Of a stretch of DNA of 64,000 nt, positions 9,355 through 18,900 are shown one piece after another. Within the stretch, counting starts at the first letter, position 1, and every line of letters starts with the position of its first letter. The stretch spans positions 448,001 through 512,000 of the forward strand of contig CAXXFL010000005.1 in assembly GCA_963674965.2 (NCBI GenBank), written 5' to 3'. Below the pieces are notes generated by a model. That model was not told where the DNA came from. It saw only the letters and a list, made by a program, of their open reading frames with translations, and ran no database searches. This DNA comes from a bacterium. GTDB taxonomy: Bacteria > RBG-13-61-14 > DATKZS01. The translations under genes were made by a program, and so were the position numbers.

Positions 9355-11421
9355 TTATTTCGAGAGCCTTTCATGGACCGCCTTGATCCTGGGGTCGTCC
9401 GGTGAGACGGCGCGGGCGCGGGCGGCCATGTCCCTGGCTTTGGCCGTTTCTCCGGCCCCGAGATATAAGAGGGCCAATTGCAAAAGGGTCTCCGGATCGT
9501 CCCGGTCGAACTGGAGGGATTTTTCCAGATGCTTCACGGCAAGGTCGTCTTGGCCTTCCATCAACTCGAAAAAGGCCAGGTCCCTCCACGGCTCGGGACG
9601 CCGGGGATACTGGTCGGCCAGCCGGGTCAGGTTCTCCCTGGCCCCGGTCTTGTCGCCCAATACCGCCAGGATTTTTGCCAGGCCGCGCCTGGCCCCGAAC
9701 TGATACTCGTTACATGCCAGGGACGCCTCGTATTGGCGCCGTGCTTCCTGGAAATCCTTGGATTCCAACATAAGGTCGCCCAGGAACTCGTGGGCCCAGG
9801 CGTTGGCCATGGTTCGCCGGCCCTTGCCCTTGCCGATGGCTTGTCTGAAATAATAGGCGGCCTTCCTCTTTTGTCCCTTTTCTCGGTAGGCCGCGCCCAG
9901 GTGAATATATTTCTCCGGAGAGTCCGGGTCCAGGGAAAGGGCTTTTTCGTATTCCCGAATGGCGTCGTCCCACCTCTCCATATCGTAGTAGGCGTGGCCC
10001 AGGAAAAGAGGCGCCTCGGACTGGGGCGGCCGGGCCGCCCGACCCAGCCCGTAATTGCACGCGGCGACAAGAACAATAGTAACGGCCGCCGCCGCTGCCA
10101 GACGCTTCAGTTTCCTTTCTCTGGCCTTGTCAGCCATCCACGTGATGGAGGCGGCCGCGAAGATGAACATGACGGGCAGGACGGGCGCCCGGTACCTGGC
10201 GGTGACGAAGAACAGGATCACCGCGGCCGCGTAGGTCGCCGAGTAAAGAAGCAGGAGCGTCCTTTCCCGGGATCGGTTTCGGATCGACAGGCCGGCGCCC
10301 AGCAGGGCGAGGGGGGCGATAATGCCGTAGGGAAAGGCTATGCCTTTCTCCCATAACAGGGCGCTTATGATTTTCGAGTCGCTCCGCCTCGAGTAAAGGT
10401 CGAGGTTCCTGGCGTACTCGTGTCCATGGAAGAACTGACCCGTCCGTACCGCCAGAGAGCATATCCATTTAAAAGGATGGCTCATGACGTACTCGCTCGA
10501 CTTCCTGAAAAACCAGGCCGACCGCTCCGACGGCCTGGCCGCTCCCTCCTTAAGGGGAAGAGCGCGCAGGTCGGCCCATTCAAGCCCCGGCCGGAGGGCC
10601 GAGGTCTCGCGCCAGTTTTCGTTATTGCCCAGGTAGAAATTGATCCCGCCGTTATAGGATATGAGCACGAAGTCGTCCGACGCGATTTTGTTGTGCGCGG
10701 TCACCGGGATGATGGGAATGAGCGCGGCGATTGCCATGATGGCCATCCTTCTTATAATTCCACCAAGGGAAAAGCGAGAGCGCATTGCGTATGCCGGCCA
10801 GATAGCGGCCACCGGCGCGAAGGCCAGCGCGTTGGGCCGGGCAATGGCGGACAGCCCCAGGAGAAGTCCGGCCGCCGCGATCCACACGCGCTTTCCCGCC
10901 TTGCCCGCCTCGATTATAGACAGGAGCAACAGAAGATTGAGCGAGACCAGGAGCGTGGGAATAAGGTATTCCCCGTCGAAAAAAATCAACGGCCCATAAA
11001 CGGCCGCGATAAGGCCCGCGATGATCCCCTCCCGTCGTCCAATGGTCCTGGCCCCGAGCAGGGCGACGAGGGAACAGTTGGCCGCCCCGGCGAGACTTTG
11101 GATAAGGTGAAGCAAAAAATGCCTCTCGCCCAGGATGGCTATTCCAGCGGCGAGAAGATAAGGATATAGCGGCGCCTGCCAGAAGGCCTCGGACCCGGCC
11201 GGATAGCCGTGAGCTATGGCCCGGGCCTGTCCCAGGTAGACCTTGGCGTCCACCACCGGGAAAGAGAAAAAGGGGATATGTCTTATCTCGAGAAGATACA
11301 AGGACCTGATGGCCGCCGCCGCCGCGAAGATCAAGGCCGCGGCTTTCGGGCCAAGGACCTTCCCGCTCGCTTCTGGAGCGGCGTCTTCCCGGGAAGGGTT
11401 ATTTTTTCTTTTGCCTGGCAA
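9355..11421 (-). CDS. GT-C (ArnT/PMT_2-like) membrane glycosyltransferase with C-terminal TPRs
   Basis: VVDAKVY, FWQAPLYPYLL, ARPN, NGGINFYLGNN, RYRAP; TPR repeats at C-terminus. Confidence 0.75.
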   Translation of the reverse strand: MPGKRKNNPSREDAAPEASGKVLGPKAAALIFAAAAAIRSLYLLEIRHIPFFSFPVVDAKVYLGQARAIAHGYPAGSEAFWQAPLYPYLLAAGIAILGERHFLLHLIQSLAGAANCSLVALLGARTIGRREGIIAGLIAAVYGPLIFFDGEYLIPTLLVSLNLLLLLSIIEAGKAGKRVWIAAAGLLLGLSAIARPNALAFAPVAAIWPAYAMRSRFSLGGIIRRMAIMAIAALIPIIPVTAHNKIASDDFVLISYNGGINFYLGNNENWRETSALRPGLEWADLRALPLKEGAARPSERSAWFFRKSSEYVMSHPFKWICSLAVRTGQFFHGHEYARNLDLYSRRSDSKIISALLWEKGIAFPYGIIAPLALLGAGLSIRNRSRERTLLLLYSATYAAAVILFFVTARYRAPVLPVMFIFAAASITWMADKARERKLKRLAAAAAVTIVLVAACNYGLGRAARPPQSEAPLFLGHAYYDMERWDDAIREYEKALSLDPDSPEKYIHLGAAYREKGQKRKAAYYFRQAIGKGKGRRTMANAWAHEFLGDLMLESKDFQEARRQYEASLACNEYQFGARRGLAKILAVLGDKTGARENLTRLADQYPRRPEPWRDLAFFELMEGQDDLAVKHLEKSLQFDRDDPETLLQLALLYLGAGETAKARDMAARARAVSPDDPRIKAVHERLSK

Positions 11422-12853
11422 TCTCGATCCAGTCGGTATGGAACGGACCGGCCTCGGGGTCGTCGATCCTCTCGTAGGCGTGGGACCCGAAAGCGTCCCG
11501 CTGGGCCTGGGTCAGGTTTTGGGGAAGACTCTCGGCGCGGTAGCTGTCAAAGTAGGCCAGGCTGGCGCTCATGGCCGGGGTGGGTATGCCCGCCATTTGC
11601 GCGGCCGCCAGGATTTGCCTGTACGGTCCCTGCCGGGCGACGGTCTCGCGGCTGAACTCCTCGGCCACCAGCAGGTTCCTGAGGGTGGGGTCCTTCTCGT
11701 AGGCCTTCATGATCGAGTCCAGCAGGGCGGCCCTGATAATGCATCCGCCCTTCCATATCCTGGCTATCTCCTTTAAGTCCACCGCCCATCCGTACTCGAT
11801 CGAGCCGGCCGATATGAGGCTCATGCCCTGGGCGTAGGAGCAAACCTTGGACATGTAAAGGGCGGCCTCCAAGGCCTTGACGTGGGTCTCGAGGTCGCCG
11901 CCTATTACGGGAGAGGGCCCGGTGAGAATTCTCGAGGCCTCCCGCCTCTCGCTCTTCATGCTCGAGACCATCCTCCCGAACATGGCCGCGTTGATGGTGG
12001 GAACGGGAACTCCCAGATCGAGCGCCACCTGGGCCGTCCATTTGCCCGTGCCCTTTTGCCCCGCCCGGTCCAGGACGAGATCGACCAGGGGCTTGCCCGT
12101 GGCCTCGTCCTCCACCTTGAGCACCGCCGCGGTGATCTCGATGAGAAAGGACTCGAGTTCTCCCCGGTTCCATTCCTCGAAGACCCGCGAGACCTCGTGG
12201 GCCGACATGCCAAGGCCGCGTCTCATCACGTCGTAAGCCTCGGCGATAAGCTGCATGTCCCCGTACTCGATGCCGTTATGGACCATCTTCACGAAGTGGC
12301 CGGCCCCGTCGTTTCCCACCCTTGTGACGCACGGTCCCGAGTCGGTCTTGGCGGCCACGGCCTCGAGGATGGGCCTTAGCCTTTCATAGGCCTCGGCCGA
12401 GGACCCGGGCATAAGGGACGGCCCAAAACGGGCGCCCTCCTCGCCGCCCGAGACGCCGAGCCCCATGAAATGCAGCCCGAACTGGTCGAGCTCGGCCTGG
12501 CGTCTTCTCGTGTCCATGAACCAGGAGTTGCCGCCGTCGATGACTATGTCTCCCTTTTCCAAAAAGGGCCGAAGCTGGCGGATGACGGCGTCCACCGCCG
12601 AGCCCGCTTTAATCATGAGCAGAATGGGGCGGGGCCGCTTGATCGACTTGACGAAACCCTCGAGGGTCTTGGCGCCCACGAACTTCTTGCCCCGGTTCTG
12701 GGACATAAACTCCGAAACCAAAGAGGAGGTCCGGTTATATACGGCGACCTCGAAACCTTTTTCCTCGACGTTCAGCGCCAGGTTCCGGCCCATCACCGCG
12801 AGCCCGATCAGGCCGACGTCGGCCCGGGCCGATAAAGAGGTTGAAGCGCTCAT
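11399..12853 (-). CDS. gnd: NADP-dependent 6-phosphogluconate dehydrogenase
   Basis: GLAVMGRN, DGGN, GVSGGEEGA, KMVHNGIEY, QKGTGKW, QRDAFGSH. Confidence 0.96.
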   Translation of the reverse strand: MSASTSLSARADVGLIGLAVMGRNLALNVEEKGFEVAVYNRTSSLVSEFMSQNRGKKFVGAKTLEGFVKSIKRPRPILLMIKAGSAVDAVIRQLRPFLEKGDIVIDGGNSWFMDTRRRQAELDQFGLHFMGLGVSGGEEGARFGPSLMPGSSAEAYERLRPILEAVAAKTDSGPCVTRVGNDGAGHFVKMVHNGIEYGDMQLIAEAYDVMRRGLGMSAHEVSRVFEEWNRGELESFLIEITAAVLKVEDEATGKPLVDLVLDRAGQKGTGKWTAQVALDLGVPVPTINAAMFGRMVSSMKSERREASRILTGPSPVIGGDLETHVKALEAALYMSKVCSYAQGMSLISAGSIEYGWAVDLKEIARIWKGGCIIRAALLDSIMKAYEKDPTLRNLLVAEEFSRETVARQGPYRQILAAAQMAGIPTPAMSASLAYFDSYRAESLPQNLTQAQRDAFGSHAYERIDDPEAGPFHTDWIEIARQKKK

Positions 12854-12974
12854 CTCGATTTTCCCCCCACGCCAAAACGCCCCGCAAAGGCGGCTCGATT
12901 CCCTCAAGATATCCCGCTATTAAGATAGCCCATCCAGTTGTTTATACAACCTATCGGGCCGAAAACTCAAGCAA

Positions 12975-13000
12975 AAACAAAAAAGGACCCAATGGGTCCT
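12975..13000 (-). terminator. Terminator after tRNA pair
   Basis: AGGACCC-ATT-GGGTCCT hairpin followed by a T-run on the minus strand. Confidence 0.7.
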
Positions 13001-13012
13001 CTAATTATTAAA

Positions 13013-13085
13013 TGCTCCCAAGGGGACTCGAACCCCTGTTTCCGGATTGAGAGCCCGGCGTCCTAGACCTCTAGACGATGGGAGC
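13013..13085 (-). tRNA. tRNA-Glu(CTC), CCA not encoded
   Basis: GCTCCCA...TGGGAGCA acceptor stem; anticodon arm CCGGG-CTCTCAA-TCCGG; T arm AGGGG-TTCGAGT-CCCCT. Confidence 0.95.
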
Positions 13086-13124
13086 ACAATTTAAAAAACG
13101 GGCAAACTTCGCCCGAAAATCTCA

Positions 13125-13198
13125 TGGCTGAGGGACCAGGATTCGAACCTGAACTGCCGGGGCCAGAACCCGGTGTCCTGCCATTAGACGATCCCTCA
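13125..13198 (-). tRNA. tRNA-Gln(CTG)
   Basis: TGAGGGA...TCCCTCAGCCA; anticodon arm CCGGG-TTCTGGC-CCCGG; GTTCGAATC. Confidence 0.95.
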
Positions 13199-13210
13199 CC
13201 AGCTATTTCA

Positions 13211-13238
13211 ATTATACAACCGATTTCCCGATTGTCAA
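13211..13238 (-). promoter_or_regulatory. Consensus sigma70 promoter of tRNA operon
   Basis: TTGACA-N16-TATAAT just upstream of tRNA-Gln. Confidence 0.85.
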
Positions 13239-13596
13239 CAGCCGCCGAGGCCATGGCCCGAGCGTACTTTGCCGCCAAATACCGGGAAAAGACGGCGTAA
13301 GAGCGGATTATGGGCCGAACGTAGCGGCGAATATTCACGGGCCGGGCCCGATCGTTGTAAAAAGGCCACAGATATTTATTGTACTTTGCCCGTGAAAAAT
13401 CTTGGGTTAAAAAACTAGCCCCTTCAATTAATCGCCAATTTATAAGACTTTTCTAGTTTTGACCTTTTGTTCAAGGCCCATGGGACTAAGGCTTTGGCGC
13501 CGGGCTTGCTCTTATCCAGGTCAAGAGCAAAAAAACAAACTACCGGCGCCGGGTGGATTAGGGAACGTAATAAGCGCCGGGCGGGAGGGCAAAAAA

Positions 13597-14169
13597 ATGA
13601 AGAAAGTAAAAACGGGAATCTTGTTATTTTCGGTAATATCCTCGCTTTTTCTGGCGCTTGGATGCTCGGTCCACGGCGAGGCGGATTTCGACGACGACGA
13701 CTGCTGCCCCAAGCCTCGTCCCGTCACCGAAAACTGGAGGACCATCGGGGAGTCCCTCGACGACCTGGAGGTGGGACTTGAATGCCCGGGCGGCGACGAT
13801 TATAGCGACGTGGATTATAACTGGGAGACGATCGAGCTCGATTACCGGGACAACGATCTGGTGGACGCCCGCCTGGCCGTCGCCCTGACCAACTCCGGCG
13901 ATGAAGACACTCGAGCGTGGGTGTCCCTTTGCGACAACCACGGGTGCTCGGACGCGGTGGACCTCCTCCTTCATTCCGGCGAGGTCTTCTCCCTCAAGGT
14001 CGATAACCCGGTGCTGGACGAGATGCTCAGCCAGTTCGACTCCTGCCTGGACAGGTACGGAACGCGCTGCGACTTTGAATATGACCTTCAGGTGAACCTG
14101 GGGCAGGAGAATACCTGCTCCCCCGTGACCCTCGAGTACCACTTCGAGGGCAAGAGCATAATTAACTGA
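13597..14169 (+). CDS. Acidic, Cys-rich hypothetical lipoprotein
   Basis: GGAGG SD; MKKVK...LALGC lipobox. Confidence 0.7.
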   Translation: MKKVKTGILLFSVISSLFLALGCSVHGEADFDDDDCCPKPRPVTENWRTIGESLDDLEVGLECPGGDDYSDVDYNWETIELDYRDNDLVDARLAVALTNSGDEDTRAWVSLCDNHGCSDAVDLLLHSGEVFSLKVDNPVLDEMLSQFDSCLDRYGTRCDFEYDLQVNLGQENTCSPVTLEYHFEGKSIIN

Positions 14170-14192
14170 TACGACCTAACCCACCCCTTGCC

Positions 14193-14225
14193 GGCGCCTC
14201 GGGCTCCTGCCCAGCTCGAGGCGCC
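14193..14225. terminator. Hairpin between convergent genes
   Basis: GGCGCCTCGGGCT...AGCTCGAGGCGCC. Confidence 0.55.
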
Positions 14226-14263
14226 TCCTCCTTTCCGGCCGGAACGCGCGCGTGGATTCAGCC

Positions 14264-15931
14264 TCAGTCGTCGCGGGACAAATCGGGCCGGGCGGCGCCT
14301 CCGGATAAAGCCCGCATGGTTTGCAGGATGGCCTTGATATTCTCGCGGGCGTCTTCGTTACCGGGGTCCGCCGCGAGCGTCATCTGGAACCAGCGAAGGC
14401 TCTCGTCAAGGTCGCCGCTCCACTTGAGGGCGTTGGCGTAATTGTAGATGGCCCGGGGTTTGCCGGGAGATTTGGAAAGGCCGTCGCGGTAAAGGGACAA
14501 CTCGCCGGACCAGTCGCGGTTCCGTTCCTGGGTCAGCAAGGTCAGGCAAATAACGGCCAGGGCCGCGGCGATAGGGGCCACTTTTTTTATCGCGCCTGAC
14601 CCTCGCCCGATCCATTTATAAAGAAAAAGAACCAAGGCGGGAAAGATCATGGCCAACGCCGCGTAGGCCCGGTCCTCTTTAACCGCGTCCCCCAGTGGAA
14701 TGACGGAGGTGGGCAAAAGAGATATCCAGGTAAGGAGGAAAAGCGCCAAGGCCCAGGGCAAAGGCCCGGCTTGGCGAGGAGTGAATAGAAATTCCTTCCA
14801 ATTGACTGGGGCCTTTTTTTCCCGTTTGTCGGTGGGCCCGTCGGGGCTTTTGAGCGTGGTCCTGATAATTTTGATAATCGCGTAAAGCGCCGCGGCGATG
14901 ACGGCGGCGTTCAGCGCGGCAAAGGCAAAGTCGGCGGGGGGCGAGGGAAGAAAGTGGTAGTCGAAGTTGAGGTTGACGGGGAAAAAGATTTTAACCACGT
15001 AAAGCCAAAGCGCCCTTTGCTCGAGGCTGAAATATATGGGCAAGGGCAACAGTTCATCGGGCCGGGCGGTCAGGATGACCGTCCAGGCGGACCGGAGGGC
15101 CGCGTAGGCCGCGGCCGGCAAAAGTCCCAAAAGAGATGAAAAATCCAGCCGGCCCCTCGCGAGGTCAAGTATGAATAATATTACGGGCAAGACCGCGGCC
15201 GTCTCCTTGCAGAACAGGGCGAGTACGTAAAAAAGAAGGGCGAGAAAAAGCCTCTTTTTCGATCGGCCCTCGCCAAGCCAGAAGTAGGTCGCCACGAGAC
15301 AAAAAAGAAGGGCCATGAGCGAGAAGCGGGCGGTGACGTAATTGACCGTCTCCGTGGCCAAAGGATGGACCATGAAGGCGGCGGCGGCCAAGGCGGCGGC
15401 CTCGGCCGGGGAGCCAAGCCGCTTGAGGACCAGGAAGAGCGCTATTCCGTTCGCGGCGTGTAGGATCAGGTTGAAAAGCCTGAAGGGCAGGGCCGGCGGC
15501 CTGGGGAAGGCCAGTCCTCTTTCCCGGTCAAGAGACAAGGGCGTGGTTTTTCCAGTCAGCGGGTCTTTATAAACGGGGACCAGACGGGGCGTCTCGATAT
15601 TGCCGATGGAAGTCATTTTGGCGTCGACGAAGGGAAGGACCTCTGCGGCCCTTTTCGGCGAGCCGGGCCATTCGGGCGCGTGCAGTGCGTGCTGGAGGGC
15701 GAAGGTCAAGTTGACCATGGCCCGGAAGGGGTTTTCCATGATGACCGTCGCGATCGAGGGGTCCTGAATTTTTTCGTTGTTCAGGATGGTTACCCGGTCG
15801 TCGAACAGGAAGGTCATGGAGCGGGCGGGGTAATAAAGAGGCGCCAGCAGCGCCGCGGCCAGACAAAGGATAAGGACCGGGGCCCGGGCGCGGGCGTTCC
15901 GGTCCCGAGAAGCTTTGGGTTTTTTCCCCAT
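14264..15931 (-). CDS. TMTC-like GT-C membrane protein with TPR
   Basis: FLFDD, HAAN, VHPLATETVNYVTAR, LFCKE, LNFDY, C-terminal TPR; ATG at 15931 lies 2 nt after the upstream stop. Confidence 0.75.
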   Translation of the reverse strand: MGKKPKASRDRNARARAPVLILCLAAALLAPLYYPARSMTFLFDDRVTILNNEKIQDPSIATVIMENPFRAMVNLTFALQHALHAPEWPGSPKRAAEVLPFVDAKMTSIGNIETPRLVPVYKDPLTGKTTPLSLDRERGLAFPRPPALPFRLFNLILHAANGIALFLVLKRLGSPAEAAALAAAAFMVHPLATETVNYVTARFSLMALLFCLVATYFWLGEGRSKKRLFLALLFYVLALFCKETAAVLPVILFILDLARGRLDFSSLLGLLPAAAYAALRSAWTVILTARPDELLPLPIYFSLEQRALWLYVVKIFFPVNLNFDYHFLPSPPADFAFAALNAAVIAAALYAIIKIIRTTLKSPDGPTDKREKKAPVNWKEFLFTPRQAGPLPWALALFLLTWISLLPTSVIPLGDAVKEDRAYAALAMIFPALVLFLYKWIGRGSGAIKKVAPIAAALAVICLTLLTQERNRDWSGELSLYRDGLSKSPGKPRAIYNYANALKWSGDLDESLRWFQMTLAADPGNEDARENIKAILQTMRALSGGAARPDLSRDD

Positions 15932-15933
15932 CC

Positions 15934-18900
15934 TCAAGCCAGGGAGAACCCCGATCTCTCGCGCAGCCTGAAATATTGGTCGGAGACTGAAAAGGCTAAA
16001 AGCTCGATGACGTCGGGGTGTTTTTCCCATACGGCCATTTTTTCCTCGAGGGAGTTGTATTTGACGTTGGCGTATTTGGGATCCGTCTTGACGATGGCGT
16101 CGAAGGCCGCGGTCACGTCTCCACAGACCAGCAGCCCGGCCCGGTTGGCGGTATGGTCCATGGCCTTTCTCCACCGGGCGGGGTCGGTCTCGGCCACTTC
16201 CTGGGAGAACCTTGGACTGATGGCCTCCACCTGGGCCTTGACCTTTCTCGCGTTCCAGGGGATAAGCTTTTTGCTGAGTTTCCTTTTTTTCTCCACCTCC
16301 TGGGGCGGCATGCCGGGTATGTTGAGCTGGAGGTTGGGATCGAAAGCCAGGGCGACCAGACAAAGCTGGGCGATGACCTTGTCGGGCGGAAAGTGCATGG
16401 CCAGGGAATGGCGGTCCACCAGGTGCTCGAGGGCCCGGCCCATAACGAAGCGCTGCTCGTGAGGAGTGAATTTTTTAAACCACTCCGTGCTGACGATAAG
16501 GGCCGGAGGCGATCCATGCACGACCTGCGGAGGCGCCGCCTGCGGCACGAGGTACATGTCCAGGTCCTCGACGCCGAGGTTATGGGCAACGTCGGCGGCC
16601 AGGTCCTTAAGAGGAGACTCGGACGAACCGTCGAGCTTGTATTGCTTTTTGGCCCCGAACTTCTCGAGGGGCGGCGGGAAAATCTTGGTCATCTGATCGG
16701 CCATGGCCAAAAGCATGTCCCGCAGCGGGCCTCTTTCGTCGGGATGAACCATTTGTCCCTCCCGCTCGATGTCGGGAAGTATCTTCTGGCTCGAGCGGAA
16801 AGCCTTGGCCTTGTTGGCCTCGTAAAAAAGGTCCTCCTCGTAGTCCAGGGAGTCGAGGAGCTTTAGGATCGAGTAAAGACAGAACTGGGCGTCAAGTTGG
16901 CGCTTTTCCTTGTAGATGTTGGCCAGGTCCCGGTACGTCTGCTTGCGCCAGGGCTGCATCCGGATGAGGTTCAAGTTCTCCGCCTTGGCCTGGTCCACGA
17001 ACTTGGGATCGGAAACGTAAATGGCGGCCAGCTCGGAGCGGGCCGTCTCGTTTTCCGGCTGGATTTTAAGGACCTGCTGGAAGTTGATGATGGCCCTTTC
17101 CTTGTTCTCCGTGTGGTCACGATAGACCTCGCCCAGCTTGTAGTAAAGATTGATCAGGGAAGGGTGTTCCTCCGGCGGGACCAGACGGATGAAGTTCTCG
17201 CTGGTGGAAATGTACTTGTCCCATTCCTCGAGCTTCAAGTAAATGTCTCCCAACGACTGCATGGAGGGAACGTGCACCTGGTCGATGGCCAGGGCGGCCT
17301 CGAACTGGGTCCTGGCTTTCTCCAGGTCGTTAAGGCCCTCGAAGTAGACCCGGCCCAGGGAGTGGTGGTTTTCCACCAGCCTCATGCTGTCCGTCTCGAG
17401 GTCGATCATGTGAAGCAGGGCGTTCTCGGCCTCGGGCCAGCTCTGGCGGCGAAGGAAAATCCTCGAAATCCTGTCCCAGCCGTGAAGATGGGTGGGAAGG
17501 ACCTTGACGGCGGCCTGGAAGTGAGCCAGGGCGCTGTTTTCCTCGCCCAGCTTGTCCTCCAGCACCTCGCCCTTTCCCACCAGGCCGTCGGCCTGGGCCT
17601 CGGAGGAGGGCGCCGCCTGGATCATGCGGTCGAAGGCGGCCAGGGCGTTCTTCCATAATTCTTGGCGGCAATAAAGGTCGACCAGCTTGGTAAGGGCCGG
17701 AAAATCCTTGGGCCTGATCTCGAGGGCCTTCTCGTAAGCCTCGGTGGCCTTGTCCAGCTTGTCCTGCTTCTCCTCGATTTCTCCCTTCCGGACGTAAAGA
17801 GGGAAAGCCGCCTCGAGGTCCTGGGCCGCCGTGACCACGGCCAGGAGACGGTCGGTAAAGCTCGAGGCCTCGGCCCACTTTTTCTTCTGGGTGTAAATAT
17901 CGGACAGGCGCTCGAGGGGAGGCCTGTAATCCGCCGCCAATCCAACCGACGAGTGGTACCTGGACATGGCCGCGTCAACGTCATCGCCCCGCTCGGCGCA
18001 CCACCCGGCCTTGTGGAAGACCTCGGCGCCCTTCTCGTCGGTCTCGGAGTCGACGCTTTCGATCCAAATCTCGTAGAGCGGCCTTGCGTCTGCCCATCTT
18101 TCGGACTTGTAATATATTTCGGACAGGGGCTTCACGGAGGGAAGATACTTGCCGTCGATGGCGAGCGCCCGCTCGTAGGCCCCGGCGGCCTGCTTTTCGT
18201 CTCCCAGCTTATGCTCGAGAATCTGGCCGGCCTCGGTGAATATCTCGAGCTTGCGTGAGGCCTCGCCGACGATCTTTTCCTCCCGGAGCAGCATCTTGAC
18301 CACGTCGGGCCATTGTTCCCGCTTCTCGTAGATGGACTTGGCCAGGAAAACGGGGCGGGTAGCGTGGTCGTCGATGGCCATGGCGCGGCCGTAGACCTCG
18401 AGGGCTCCGTCGTCGTCGGTCAGCTTGGTCTCGAGGGTTTGTCCGGCCTTGCAGAGTATCTCGACCGCCCGAGGTTTGTCCCGCGCCACCAGCTCGGCCA
18501 ACTCCCGCGACCTCTCGACGAACTCTGGGTCCTTTCCGGTCCGCTCGTATAAGGAAACCAGGGCCTCGAGGCCGGGAACGTTTTGAGAGTCGATCGAGCG
18601 CACGCGCTCCCAACTGGAGATGGCGTCCTCGAGCCGCTCGAGCTTCTCGTCCCACAGGGAGCCTATGCGGCCGAAGTAGTCTATCTTGCCCTGGTCGTCG
18701 GCCCGGGCGGCCAGCCGCTCGAGGGTGTCGATCAACTCCTCCCACCTGGAGGCCGCCTCGAACAGGCGCTCGAGGGTAAGTAGAACGGAACGCCTTTCAG
18801 GGTCGAGGTCACGGGCGACGATCAAATGCTCGATGGCCCGGCCCGGGTCGCCCAGGTGTTCCTCCACGATCTTGGCCACCCGCTCGTGAAGAACGGCCTT

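Noticed and set aside
13013-13198. tRNAs as a prophage or island integration site
   Set aside because: No integrase and no duplicated tRNA 3' end seen in the window
13063-13338. 91-aa ORF across the tRNAs
   Set aside because: Overlaps two tRNA genes and their promoter
15932-16363. N-terminal extension of the 699-aa ORF (likewise ORF 56155 before 56752)
   Set aside because: Overlaps a real upstream gene in another frame; downstream ATGs fit translational coupling
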